Shown: positions 10,324 to 19,238 of the stretch, piece after piece
Position numbering within the stretch: position 1 is the stretch's first letter
How the letters are laid out: each line of letters begins with the position of its first letter
Origin: a virus
DNA: 64,000 bases
Strand: one strand, 5' to 3'
IMG/VR virus record: IMGVR_UViG_3300030329_006476
Coordinates: 39,800-103,799 of that record
The notes under the pieces: model-generated
Databases searched by the model: none
What the model was told of the DNA's origin: nothing
What the model saw: the letters and a program-made list of their open reading frames with translations, nothing else
Position numbers and translations under genes: made by a program

Positions 10324-10602
10324 TCAAGGACTTTTTTCCCCTCCCCAAAATTTTTCTTCAGCATCGCTAATGTAATCGCACAACCATAGCCCAAAATCCC
10401 TTAAATCATAGATGAAGCGCTTTGGGTCTTCTTCGTGCAACCAAAAGTCACCTTGGCGCATGAATATTTCCATGCGAGAGGCAATCTCCTCCAGTTGGGG
10501 TACGGTCATATTGCCAAGGCAATTATCGACCAAATATTTTATTTCAGAAATTAAAAGATCAAGTTCGGGCGAATCCCATTCCCTCTCCTCTTCATTCCAC
10601 AT
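10324..10602 (-). CDS. hypothetical protein
   Basis: ORF in the co-oriented gene run. Confidence 0.55.
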   Translation of the reverse strand: MWNEEEREWDSPELDLLISEIKYLVDNCLGNMTVPQLEEIASRMEIFMRQGDFWLHEEDPKRFIYDLRDFGLWLCDYISDAEEKFWGGEKSP

Positions 10603-10792
10603 GGGGGCGAGGAGAATGCTTCTGGGGGGTTATTATAGCCTCCACAAAATCCTGCAAATAAATATTTAATTCCTTCTCCAATGCAGTAGCAATCATTTCT
10701 TGAGCCGCTTTTGACTGAAGGTTTATTTGGCAGGATTCACCTGCATCATTACACCCAAATCTTCCTAAAACTTCAAGAATTATCTCTTTCAT
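10592..10792 (-). CDS. hypothetical protein
   Basis: QINLQSKAAQEMIA motif of a type seen in phage ORFs. Confidence 0.6.
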   Translation of the reverse strand: MKEIILEVLGRFGCNDAGESCQINLQSKAAQEMIATALEKELNIYLQDFVEAIITPQKHSPRPHVE

Positions 10793-11096
10793 CGGCGTTG
10801 ATTATAGCATTTATTTGATCGGAAGTCAAGGGATTTTTCATATATTCATCGTAAGAGGATTGTGCAACTTCGGGATGTTCCGTTGCCTCAAACTTACGGC
10901 GCAACGCATTAGCTTGATCTTTAGTCATGCCAATGCGCTCGGTATAGTTTTCAAAAAGATTAAACTTGCCCTGCACCCATAAGTCCCATTCAGCTTGCGT
11001 AAAGAACCCCTGAAAAACTTCGGAAAATAAAGAGTCGTCAGCCATGCTTAAGAAGCACCATGCAAGGTGATAGGCGCAAAGGGAGAAACATTCCAT
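10773..11096 (-). CDS. hypothetical protein
   Basis: ORF; likely start at the internal MADDSLF. Confidence 0.5.
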   Translation of the reverse strand: MECFSLCAYHLAWCFLSMADDSLFSEVFQGFFTQAEWDLWVQGKFNLFENYTERIGMTKDQANALRRKFEATEHPEVAQSSYDEYMKNPLTSDQINAIINADERDNS

Positions 11097-11293
11097 TCAA
11101 GCAATTTGTCCATACCTTTAACATCCTGCCATAAATCATCCACTTGAATAAAGGTAGGCTCAAACTCCGACAAGCGCACGGACGGCTCACATTGTCCCTT
11201 CAAAACTTTCTCTTTTGCTTCTTTGGAGGTTTCCGCAATAACTTCATAATTGGAGGCATGTATTTCCTTGGCGGTAACAATATATTTCTTCAT
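11048..11293 (-). CDS. small phage protein, DpnD/PcfM-like family
   Basis: MKKYIVTAKEIHASNYEVIAETSKEAKEKV. Confidence 0.6.
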   Translation of the reverse strand: MKKYIVTAKEIHASNYEVIAETSKEAKEKVLKGQCEPSVRLSEFEPTFIQVDDLWQDVKGMDKLLEWNVSPFAPITLHGAS

Positions 11294-11294
11294 G

Positions 11295-11666
11295 TCACGG
11301 AGTGCTTGTTTCGATTAATTCACCTGTTTTTAAATCATAAAGGAAAAGGTCGTTATGGGACATGCCGTACTCATGTAGATAGCTCCGTGCGTCACGCAAA
11401 GAACGGGTATTGTAAAGCAGGTCGTCTCTGGCATCGTTTTTATGCCTAATTTCATAACGGTAATTTACAATGCGTACCTTGTAGTCATGCCCACTATCCA
11501 TGCTGTTGCGCTCGGCATAATCGAGCGCTTCTTGCTCGGTATTAAAGATAGGCTTGATTTCAGGCATGTCCCAAGAAGGATCATACGCTTGAAAATATAC
11601 GCCCTTTTGAGGCGCAAGATTACAACCTAACGCAAACAACGGAAAAACTAAAGATATATATTTCAT
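11295..11666 (-). CDS. putative lipoprotein
   Basis: signal peptide with lipobox ALGC. Confidence 0.6.
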   Translation of the reverse strand: MKYISLVFPLFALGCNLAPQKGVYFQAYDPSWDMPEIKPIFNTEQEALDYAERNSMDSGHDYKVRIVNYRYEIRHKNDARDDLLYNTRSLRDARSYLHEYGMSHNDLFLYDLKTGELIETSTP

Positions 11667-11854
11667 TATAAATGGTGTCGGAATCCTATGCGAGCCAATT
11701 CCCGAAACTCAGCCTCTGTTTGTTTGATATAAAAAAGCATGGGGCGCAAAATCTCCTCAACCCAATAAGCGGAGGAATCATCTGGGAGGTTTGAGAGTTC
11801 AGCTATTTGAGCCTGTATCTTAACTTTTAATTTTTCTCTTTCTTTAGTAGTCAT
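11666..11854 (-). CDS. hypothetical protein
   Basis: coupled ORF. Confidence 0.5.
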   Translation of the reverse strand: MTTKEREKLKVKIQAQIAELSNLPDDSSAYWVEEILRPMLFYIKQTEAEFRELARIGFRHHL

Positions 11855-12111
11855 TTTGCCCCCAAGTTAGCGTTGAGTTCTTTTTGGCGCAAATACTCTA
11901 TCTTGCCATTGGTGAGGGCATGAAGATAATCTACATAGCGTATATTTAGGGAGCGCGCCCTCGCTCTGAGGAACTCCTCATCATAGCGCTCCAGAGGCAC
12001 GGGACATTTGCTCGGGTCAATCACGGGATAATTGTGAAGAGTGTCGGCGCTTTTGTTCGGAGAAGCGCAGGATGAAAGGAGAAGTGCTAATGCGGTAAAT
12101 AGTTTTTTCAT
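11851..12111 (-). CDS. putative lipoprotein
   Basis: MKKLFTALALLLSSC lipobox. Confidence 0.65.
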   Translation of the reverse strand: MKKLFTALALLLSSCASPNKSADTLHNYPVIDPSKCPVPLERYDEEFLRARARSLNIRYVDYLHALTNGKIEYLRQKELNANLGAK

Positions 12112-12222
12112 CTTATATTAATTATAGCAAAATTTATTAAAATTTCTACAGCGAGTCAGCAACCGCAGTTACCTTTGTCGAACTCCCACAAGAACCAATA
12201 AAATTCCTCAAAGTTGTCACGG

Positions 12223-12483
12223 TTATACATCTTTCCAAAAATCAAATCCCTCCAGTTCAGGCTCCATTTCCTTCCCCAGAGGGAATAATTTAACAGACAA
12301 CCTGTCATCACGGTTGGAGATGAATAAAGACTGTCCATCAATCCTCAACCAAGCGCTTTTGCCTGTCAAGACAAAATCTTCTCCACCGTGAGAGCCATCG
12401 TTATTACCTATGGAATCATGGTTTACATCGGGCTGTATGTTCATTGTGCTATTCTGCATAATCATATTCTCCTGTTTCGGCAT
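12223..12483 (-). CDS. hypothetical protein
   Basis: ORF in the co-oriented gene run. Confidence 0.5.
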   Translation of the reverse strand: MPKQENMIMQNSTMNIQPDVNHDSIGNNDGSHGGEDFVLTGKSAWLRIDGQSLFISNRDDRLSVKLFPLGKEMEPELEGFDFWKDV

Positions 12484-13114
12484 TAAAGGTATTTTCCAAA
12501 GTCACCTCAATATCATTAACCCTCGCCTTATGCGCAAGCCTTGAGAGGACTTGTTGGCGCAAATCATCGGGATTAGTTCCGACTTCGGCATCAACGGCAA
12601 TTATGCTGTCAACCCTGAAGTCAAAGGTAATCATCTGAGGCTGAGTCTTTTTTTCCATAATGTCCACGATTGCTTGTCGGTCATCATTCAACCACAATTC
12701 AACAATCTTGTCAATGTTTTTATCGTCTGGATTGATATTATAAGACTCTCCCTTGTGATATATCGTTCCAAAGATATAATTCTCAAAAAATTGCAAGTCA
12801 TTATCTTCGGCAAACTTCTTTGCCAGAGATAAAAAGCTATTCTCCCTAGCCTCGTCTTCAAGATACCTCCAACCTTCCTGCCAACCCTCATGGAGAGAAA
12901 TAGAAAATTCAAACATACCCTTAAGTACCAAGTCTCTCGCCCAAACATGGTCATCGCCATGCTGAATTAATTCAACGGGATGCCCCATCTTTACATACTC
13001 CCTAAGAGGACACTCCGTAAAAAAGATTTTATTAAATTCTTTATGAAGTTCTTCCGTAGACCTAGTGGTCTTGCTAGTCCTTCTAAATGTATAACCTTTG
13101 CCTTCTCCGCTCAT
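12449..13114 (-). CDS. hypothetical protein
   Basis: 221-aa ORF. Confidence 0.65.
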   Translation of the reverse strand: MSGEGKGYTFRRTSKTTRSTEELHKEFNKIFFTECPLREYVKMGHPVELIQHGDDHVWARDLVLKGMFEFSISLHEGWQEGWRYLEDEARENSFLSLAKKFAEDNDLQFFENYIFGTIYHKGESYNINPDDKNIDKIVELWLNDDRQAIVDIMEKKTQPQMITFDFRVDSIIAVDAEVGTNPDDLRQQVLSRLAHKARVNDIEVTLENTFNAETGEYDYAE

Positions 13115-13132
13115 TTTTATTTTAATTAAGAA

Positions 13133-13372
13133 TTAAGCTCCCTTGACCCATTCCTTTGACCTCCAAGCTTCTTCAAGATAGGCATCTCTGTAATCCTTGT
13201 CGCTAATTTCTAGCAACTCCCCAAGAATCGTCGTTCCACCTCCTTCTCGCAAAAGCTGTCTAGCTTCTTCTTCGGTGTCGGCATCTATCTCGTAGACACA
13301 AGTAGCAGGAACACTAAATATATAAGTATTCTTTTTGCTCAAATCCAACCTATCATTATAATTGCTTTTCAT
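13133..13372 (-). CDS. small phage protein, DpnD/PcfM-like family
   Basis: TYIFSVPATCVYEIDADTEEEARQLL. Confidence 0.6.
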   Translation of the reverse strand: MKSNYNDRLDLSKKNTYIFSVPATCVYEIDADTEEEARQLLREGGGTTILGELLEISDKDYRDAYLEEAWRSKEWVKGA

Positions 13373-13387
13373 CTTTTTACCAATCTT

Positions 13388-13819
13388 TCATTGTTCGTTA
13401 TGACACTTAATCTCGCCACCTTTATAGGCAAACAAGGACTGAAAATGGTCGGTATTAATTCTAAAGAATTCTTCTTTGTCTAACTCAACTGCATAAGCAG
13501 AGCAATGCCACTCTAAAGACTCACCATCATATTCTTCGCCAAAATTTGCTTCATGCACATTAAAGTCGATTCTCTCATTAAAAGAAAACCAAGCATCGTA
13601 AGGGTCTACATCCTCCATTTGAATGTCGGGGTTATCTTCCACCGTTTTAATATGAGCCAACGCCTCTTCTATAATTTTAGATTTGGTTGCATCATCTAAA
13701 TGAAGCATTTTACTGCCCCTTAATTCCCTGTAGGGAAGGGGCGCAGGAGCAGATTTATGGTAGTCTGCCACAACTTGCTCGTATGTAGGATAATCGTCGC
13801 CTATAATTTCTTTATTCAT
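13388..13819 (-). CDS. hypothetical protein
   Basis: coupled ORF. Confidence 0.6.
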   Translation of the reverse strand: MNKEIIGDDYPTYEQVVADYHKSAPAPLPYRELRGSKMLHLDDATKSKIIEEALAHIKTVEDNPDIQMEDVDPYDAWFSFNERIDFNVHEANFGEEYDGESLEWHCSAYAVELDKEEFFRINTDHFQSLFAYKGGEIKCHNEQ

Positions 13820-14115
13820 TATTCAATGCCCCAATCTTTTCTATATTTAGCTCTTTCCTCGTCGGTGAGCTTCTCCCACCAATTCTCGTCAAAGTTTTCT
13901 GCAATAGTGTCCTTCCCGAAGCTCTCGACAGACCTACCTTCAGGCATCATGGACTGAATTACCTCCAACACTTTCTTGCCTACGCTGTCGTGTACTGCGC
14001 CCTTCTCGTCTCCAAAATTATAAGTCCACATATCTTTATCGCTACCATACCCAAACTGGATTTCGATGTAGCAATCGTCTATAAGGTCGGCTCTATCTGT
14101 TACTGGACACTTCAT
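13819..14115 (-). CDS. hypothetical protein
   Basis: FGYGSDKD motif; coupled ORF. Confidence 0.6.
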   Translation of the reverse strand: MKCPVTDRADLIDDCYIEIQFGYGSDKDMWTYNFGDEKGAVHDSVGKKVLEVIQSMMPEGRSVESFGKDTIAENFDENWWEKLTDEERAKYRKDWGIE

Positions 14116-14732
14116 TGCGTTCTTTCAAAGGATGATTTTTGCCAATCGGAAGGCGAGTCCTTCCCCATGCTGTCGTACTTCACAATATAGGTTTCTATCG
14201 GAGAGTCAAGAAAAATATCTTCTATAATGGCTTTTATTATTTTCCAGTTGCCTCCTGCAAGTCCGCAAGAAATGCCGTAAGGCAAGCCCAAGACTTGAGG
14301 TTGACCTGTTCCTTCCTGAATAGAGATTAAATCTTCTTGCATGGCTTTCAATGCTCGCCAAAAATATTCATAATTGACTTCTCTTTTCTTGGTGGAATAT
14401 CCCGATTGGGTGTATAGATTGTAAATGGTAACCTGAGCTAATCTGCCATGAGTTAAAGGGGCAAATTTGGTTTTTATTACTGCTTTAGAGTAGTCCCCTA
14501 TTCGTACTTTCCAGTTCCCCCCTTCATTGTATTCGTTATTGTAACACTCCCTATCCGCTTTAAAAGCTTGGGGGTAGCGCTCCTTTATTTGCTTTGCAAT
14601 ACCTGCGCCCATAACATTTTGACAATTGCAGGAGTGGGCAATAACATTGATTCCTAGATATTTGTCGGAGTCAGTTTTGCAGTAGGATGGGAAATCTAGC
14701 AGATTACCGCTGATAATGTGTATGCCGTTCAT
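14112..14732 (-). CDS. macrodomain (Appr-1''-p processing / ADP-ribosylhydrolase-like) protein
   Basis: GNLL, IAHSCNCQNVMGAGIAKQIKERYP, IYNLYTQ, LPYGISCGLAGGNW. Confidence 0.9.
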   Translation of the reverse strand: MNGIHIISGNLLDFPSYCKTDSDKYLGINVIAHSCNCQNVMGAGIAKQIKERYPQAFKADRECYNNEYNEGGNWKVRIGDYSKAVIKTKFAPLTHGRLAQVTIYNLYTQSGYSTKKREVNYEYFWRALKAMQEDLISIQEGTGQPQVLGLPYGISCGLAGGNWKIIKAIIEDIFLDSPIETYIVKYDSMGKDSPSDWQKSSFERTQ

Positions 14733-14740
14733 GGATACCC

Positions 14741-14769
14741 ACTCTATATTAAGAGGAATTCTCTGTCAA
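14741..14769 (-). promoter_or_regulatory. sigma70-like promoter
   Basis: TTGACA-17-TAGAGT, 8 nt before the macrodomain ATG. Confidence 0.65.
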
Positions 14770-14946
14770 GCTTTTTTTATAATCAAGGTAGAATCCTATG
14801 GCTACGACTATATTCAAGCCACAAGAAGCTAAAATCTCATGAATGTCCTCGTAGATATTCATAGATAGATGCACATGACCTATCATCCAGAACGGGATAG
14901 CGAGGTTTTGGCTAATCCAAATCAGAGTGAAGCGCACCAACCTCAT
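14749..14946 (-). CDS. small membrane protein
   Basis: two hydrophobic segments; WISQNLAIPFWMIGHVHL. Confidence 0.6.
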   Translation of the reverse strand: MRLVRFTLIWISQNLAIPFWMIGHVHLSMNIYEDIHEILASCGLNIVVAIGFYLDYKKSLTENSS

Positions 14947-15233
14947 GGACGCAAGCGCTCGGCAATATCAACAATAAAATCGTCACGATTAATTTCAACA
15001 CCCAAAATCTCCGAAGCCTTAAGAATCTGCTCGGCGGTAAGCAACGCAAAGTCAGAAACTAGAGATTGGTCGGTTATAAATGAACACCTATATCTATCGT
15101 CTTCGTAAGAAGCAGAGAAAGCAGATAAAATACTGTCAATCTCCTTCTTGAGTGCATCTGACCGCAGAGTGGGGGCGGTAGTAAAGTGTTCTTCCATAAA
15201 TTGTCGGAAATATTCACAAGTTAATTCTTTCAT
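14943..15233 (-). CDS. hypothetical protein
   Basis: coupled ORF. Confidence 0.55.
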   Translation of the reverse strand: MKELTCEYFRQFMEEHFTTAPTLRSDALKKEIDSILSAFSASYEDDRYRCSFITDQSLVSDFALLTAEQILKASEILGVEINRDDFIVDIAERLRP

Positions 15234-15249
15234 ATGATCTCCAAGCTAT

Positions 15250-15675
15250 TTACATTACAATACTCCATTCTTCCGCTTTGTCAAGCCAATCTTTATATTT
15301 CTCCTTTCCCCCTCTAGCAGACCAATCGGAGTCAATAGTGAGCTTGGAAGAGATGCCTCCCCTCGGATTGAAGACCATGACCAAGCGCAACCTGTCTGGC
15401 TCATATGCCTCCATGAGATGGTCGTAAAAAATATTTATTAATCTTTCATAGGAAACCACTATATCTCTTAAATGAAAAACATATTGCTTGAGGCTTTTTA
15501 ATTCTATTATTTTTCCTTTGGGGTAAAAACTTATATAAGCATTCGCAAAGTCAGGCTGTTCCCTGACTCCAAGAAAGGTAAATTCAGGTATCTTGACCTT
15601 TATTTCGTATGCACCTTTGCTCGGGTTGGGTAAAGATTTTAGGATGCCTTTATTTATTTGGTCGTATTTTTTCAT
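15250..15675 (-). CDS. QueF-like T-fold protein lacking the catalytic Cys
   Basis: PEFTFLGVREQPDFA (canonical PEFTSLCPxTGQPDFA), ELKSLKQY QueF motif, SYE, FNPRGGI. Confidence 0.85.
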   Translation of the reverse strand: MKKYDQINKGILKSLPNPSKGAYEIKVKIPEFTFLGVREQPDFANAYISFYPKGKIIELKSLKQYVFHLRDIVVSYERLINIFYDHLMEAYEPDRLRLVMVFNPRGGISSKLTIDSDWSARGGKEKYKDWLDKAEEWSIVM

Positions 15676-15818
15676 CAGAGGAGAATGCTGAGAATAAACC
15701 CGCAGGTTTTCAAAAACTTAAGCTCAGGCAAACGAACGAAAGTAAAAAAGCGTTGGCAATATTTCCTCGAAAGGAATCTTCCTCTATAAAGGGCATATTT
15801 GGCTGTAATGTATTTCAT
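15675..15818 (-). CDS. small hypothetical protein (47 aa)
   Basis: Hand-read ORF MKYITAKYALYRG...; TGATG overlap with the QueF-like gene; AGTGTA motif 11 nt upstream. Confidence 0.4.
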   Translation of the reverse strand: MKYITAKYALYRGRFLSRKYCQRFFTFVRLPELKFLKTCGFILSILL

Positions 15819-15833
15819 AAGTCTTTTATTACA

Positions 15834-16106
15834 CTACCAACTATTAAAGGTTATGTTTTCTCTATTATTTAAATGCTCTTTAATTTCTTTTAATATTTGC
15901 CTTAGAATATCTTTCTGGGCAAGTATCTTGAGTCTGCCCTCTGACCTTGGGCATTTCTCGTATTGTTTATCAAGGTTCTTAATCATATCCTCTATTATCG
16001 AACGATCAAATCTCCCCTTATAAGACCAACCTAGGTCGAAGCCTCGTTGCAGACCTTTTTGGTGAGCTTCCTCGAACTCGTTATTTATTCCATTATCCCA
16101 CATCAC
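15834..16106 (-). CDS. hypothetical protein
   Basis: ORF in the co-oriented gene run. Confidence 0.55.
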   Translation of the reverse strand: MMWDNGINNEFEEAHQKGLQRGFDLGWSYKGRFDRSIIEDMIKNLDKQYEKCPRSEGRLKILAQKDILRQILKEIKEHLNNRENITFNSW

Positions 16107-16236
16107 AGACCCCTCAATAAACGAGGGTCAACATAATAACCCCCAGAAGAAACGCTCTCGGTCTCATCCCACAAAGGGTCAAGGAAATTTTCCACATACA
16201 AATCCCAAATACTTTTGCCGTAGGTATCCGTATTCA

Positions 16237-16521
16237 TTATCCTCCCTCCTCCACGCATTGCCATCCTTCTTCATAAGCCCCTTCAGGGGGCGCAGGATAG
16301 GATTCCTTGTCCTTTAAGTCAAAACCCTCGGGAACATACATCCAATGCGTCACATCGCCCGTAAGCCATCCATTCGCGCCTCCAAAGACATGACCAGTTT
16401 CAGGGCAGTAATCCACCTCAATCCCATCGTATTTTCCTGCATGAACACCCACGCCATCAAAAAAATAAAAAAGTAGCCTCTCTTTCTCAGGCACTTCGTC
16501 CTCTATATTAATCCACTTCAT
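16237..16521 (-). CDS. DUF551-domain protein
   Basis: MKWINIEDEVPE...VTHWMYVPE. Confidence 0.75.
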   Translation of the reverse strand: MKWINIEDEVPEKERLLFYFFDGVGVHAGKYDGIEVDYCPETGHVFGGANGWLTGDVTHWMYVPEGFDLKDKESYPAPPEGAYEEGWQCVEEGG

Positions 16522-16777
16522 TTATAAATTTATTTAAAGTTCCTTTTTCTATATATAATTCATCCTCTAGCATAGGTATGATTGTTTCACCTATTTCTAT
16601 ATCATGATCCGCGCTCAAGGAATCAAGTAATGAAACTATACCTTTTCCTGTATTTTCCCTGCCTTCTGTACCACTAAGAAACAAGTTGTCGGCAGTTACA
16701 AGCATAAGGTCGTCAAGTTTAATGATGATTGCAGATACTGCATCTTCGGTTCCTCTTATTCCTAGTTTAATTTTCAT
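16508..16777 (-). CDS. hypothetical protein
   Basis: ORF in the co-oriented gene run. Confidence 0.55.
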   Translation of the reverse strand: MKIKLGIRGTEDAVSAIIIKLDDLMLVTADNLFLSGTEGRENTGKGIVSLLDSLSADHDIEIGETIIPMLEDELYIEKGTLNKFINEVD

Positions 16778-17010
16778 GTCGATATTTCGCTATTTTGTAA
16801 ACATGTATTTATGATCTGTCGATGAGATAAACATAAGCCTTGATTACAACATAGATACCAACGAATGTCAAGACAAATTTCCAGAAACCCATCTCTAAAA
16901 CACCTTCACTCCAAAACATTTCGGTAAAAGTCTTTACAAGGTCGCCCATCTATCTCCAAAGGATCACAACAATAGCCACTGCTATCATCAACACCCAACC
17001 CCATGATATT

Positions 17011-17385
17011 TTATCTTCCATTATTTGAAAAAAGTTTAAACACACTTACAAGCGCCAATACCCCTGCGCATCCTGCACCTATGTCATCTAAATTAAAGTG
17101 TCTATTAGGGAAGATGGCTTGAGAGCCTTCCTCAACCAACAAAAGAGACATGACCCAAAAAGCTATGCGATTAGGACAAAAACGATGCCTACAGATATGA
17201 CACATCATAAAGGCTATGGCGCCAGCACCCCAAAAATGAAGCATCTTGTCTCCCCCTGCATAAACCTCAATAGTTGTAGCTATACCCCCACCAATATTAA
17301 AAGTTTTAAAGATGGATAGACAACCAAGAAAAAAAACAAAAAGAACAAAAGCTATTTTTATTAAAATATCAACAGATTTCTCCAT
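17011..17385 (-). CDS. VanZ-like membrane protein
   Basis: GGDKMLHF...EEGSQAIFPNRHFNLDDIGAGCAG; several TM segments. Confidence 0.75.
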   Translation of the reverse strand: MEKSVDILIKIAFVLFVFFLGCLSIFKTFNIGGGIATTIEVYAGGDKMLHFWGAGAIAFMMCHICRHRFCPNRIAFWVMSLLLVEEGSQAIFPNRHFNLDDIGAGCAGVLALVSVFKLFSNNGR

Positions 17386-17461
17386 TTACCTATTCCAGAA
17401 ATTCTTAATTATTTCAAATGTAAAAACTATAACCACAAAAGCGGCTATATAAAAAAAAGGG

Positions 17462-17689
17462 TCAGTCGTCATTTTTTATCTCCATCAACTCTTTTATCCA
17501 TTTTTTGGCATCTTCTAATTCATCAAAGATTTTACCCCAATTCTTTTTGTGTGGCTTGTTGACGGCATGAAGTAATTCAACCGCCAGTTCGTTTAGTTCT
17601 TCAGCGCACTTTAAAAAAATATGTTTTTCTTCGTCACTTAGTTTCATCTTGCTTGGGGAGGGAGGATAGCATGGCTCGGTAGTTTTCAA
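17462..17689 (-). CDS. MazG-like NTP pyrophosphohydrolase-fold protein
   Basis: AEELNEL...DELED (EExxE...ExxD pattern). Confidence 0.55.
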   Translation of the reverse strand: MKTTEPCYPPSPSKMKLSDEEKHIFLKCAEELNELAVELLHAVNKPHKKNWGKIFDELEDAKKWIKELMEIKNDD

Positions 17690-17915
17690 CGGTTATAGCT
17701 ACCTGTAGTTCTTTGGTGAGACATTTGTCGCACTCCTTGAGATATTCTTCGCCATGATGGATTATTTGTTTAGCAGTAGCAATATAGGTTTTATTTAATA
17801 CTCTTACTTTCTCGGGAAAATACTCCGTAGGATGCTTGAGTAGGTCTCTTTTGATTAAGGTAGCGCGTTGAATGCCCTCTTCGTAAGCGTTGTAATGATG
17901 AGATAAAGTGTCCAT
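17634..17915 (-). CDS. hypothetical protein
   Basis: ORF preceded by the AGTGTA motif. Confidence 0.55.
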   Translation of the reverse strand: MDTLSHHYNAYEEGIQRATLIKRDLLKHPTEYFPEKVRVLNKTYIATAKQIIHHGEEYLKECDKCLTKELQVAITVENYRAMLSSLPKQDETK

Positions 17916-17930
17916 GAAGCAATTTACACT

Positions 17931-18866
17931 TTAAAAAGCCTCGCATACCTCTCGACCTTTCGATGTTATTTTGCGCTTTCCGTCGATTTCCATAAGATTT
18001 TTGCTTAAAAGATATAGCTCATGGTCTCGCTGTATCGAGGTCTTGCTCATGCCTAATTTTGCGCACAAAGTGGTTAAGGTGAGCGCTCCATGATTGTGGA
18101 GCTTTTCCAGAATCTGTTTTTCGGTATAAGTAATTCCAAGAGGCAAAATGCCAACTGCATCTTGCAATGCCTTAAAATCATCAAGATTAAAATCAAACTT
18201 ATCCTTGGCTCCGCAATAAAGAGCGATTTCCTTTGCCCGTTTAACGGCGCTACGAGCATTCCCTCGGAGAGTCCCGACAATTGCCTTGAGGCAATCGGGA
18301 GGAAAGAAGGTTTCGGGAGCGCATAACTCCAAGATTTTGCCTAATTCAATATCGCTATACGGCTCAAAATCAATAACCGTCAGCCTATCCTTGAGTGGAG
18401 GAAACAATTTGTCCGACTCCGTAGTGGCAAAGATGAAAGTTTGGCGCTTAAAATCAAACTCAAAATTCATCTCATTCCAAGAGATAGTCTTGCGAGACTT
18501 CTTTTCGCTATTAAAGACTGTTAGAAACGCCTGTTCTAGGTCGGAAGGCAACTCATGAGCCTCATCGAACAAGACCACTATTTCGTTATCCGCTATCAAC
18601 GGAAGAAATATTTGCTCGAAAAACTGCTCATTATTCTTGATGGTAGAACAGTTGAGTTCCAAGAAGGGGCGCTTTGCTCCATCCTCGGTATAAAGGTTTT
18701 TGGCAAAAGCCTTGGCGAACTCGGTCTTGCCTATTCCCGCCCTTCCTGCAAAAAAGAGAAAAGGACATTGGCGAGTCTTATTGAAAGCTTCTATATAGAA
18801 GGCAAGCTTCTTTTTTACCGCCCGTTGCCCCACAAGGTCTGGAAAATATTTATCACTCATCATCAA
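17931..18866 (-). CDS. ruvB: RuvB-like AAA+ ATPase
   Basis: LVGQ, Walker A GRAGIGKT, Walker B FDEAHEL, FIFATTE...PLKDR, RGNAR, C-terminal winged helix (ELYLL...GKRKITSKG). Confidence 0.85.
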   Translation of the reverse strand: MMMSDKYFPDLVGQRAVKKKLAFYIEAFNKTRQCPFLFFAGRAGIGKTEFAKAFAKNLYTEDGAKRPFLELNCSTIKNNEQFFEQIFLPLIADNEIVVLFDEAHELPSDLEQAFLTVFNSEKKSRKTISWNEMNFEFDFKRQTFIFATTESDKLFPPLKDRLTVIDFEPYSDIELGKILELCAPETFFPPDCLKAIVGTLRGNARSAVKRAKEIALYCGAKDKFDFNLDDFKALQDAVGILPLGITYTEKQILEKLHNHGALTLTTLCAKLGMSKTSIQRDHELYLLSKNLMEIDGKRKITSKGREVCEAF

Positions 18867-19200
18867 ATTGGGTTAAGGTGTATTCGATTTTTGACTCAAC
18901 ATCCTGAGCGTATTGAGGTTTTTGAGAATTGTCAAGAGAATTCTTGGTATTTTTTGAGGCTGACCCCTCTTTATAGCAAGACTTGCATTGCGACCGCTTC
19001 CCGAATTGCCTACGCTTATCGTTATTAAAGCAATCCAAAGGAAGAAACTCATTGCACTTACTGCACTTTTTCTTCGCCTCTAGAGCGCCTCGGATAACTT
19101 CTAGCCAAGAAGAACTAACAAGAATGGTGGCTTTTCTGCCCACATAATCTCCAAGCTCTTCGTAAGTTATTTCGGTATGTAAGGATGAATTTTTTGACAT
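18853..19200 (-). CDS. hypothetical protein with Zn ribbon
   Basis: KKCSKCNEFLPLDCF...RSQCKSC. Confidence 0.6.
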   Translation of the reverse strand: MSKNSSLHTEITYEELGDYVGRKATILVSSSWLEVIRGALEAKKKCSKCNEFLPLDCFNNDKRRQFGKRSQCKSCYKEGSASKNTKNSLDNSQKPQYAQDVESKIEYTLTQFDDE

Positions 19201-19209
19201 GATGCCCTC

Positions 19210-19238
19210 ACCCTACAGCATCTTCAGGGGAATGTCAA
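19210..19238 (-). promoter_or_regulatory. sigma70-like promoter
   Basis: TTGACA-17-TAGGGT. Confidence 0.55.
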
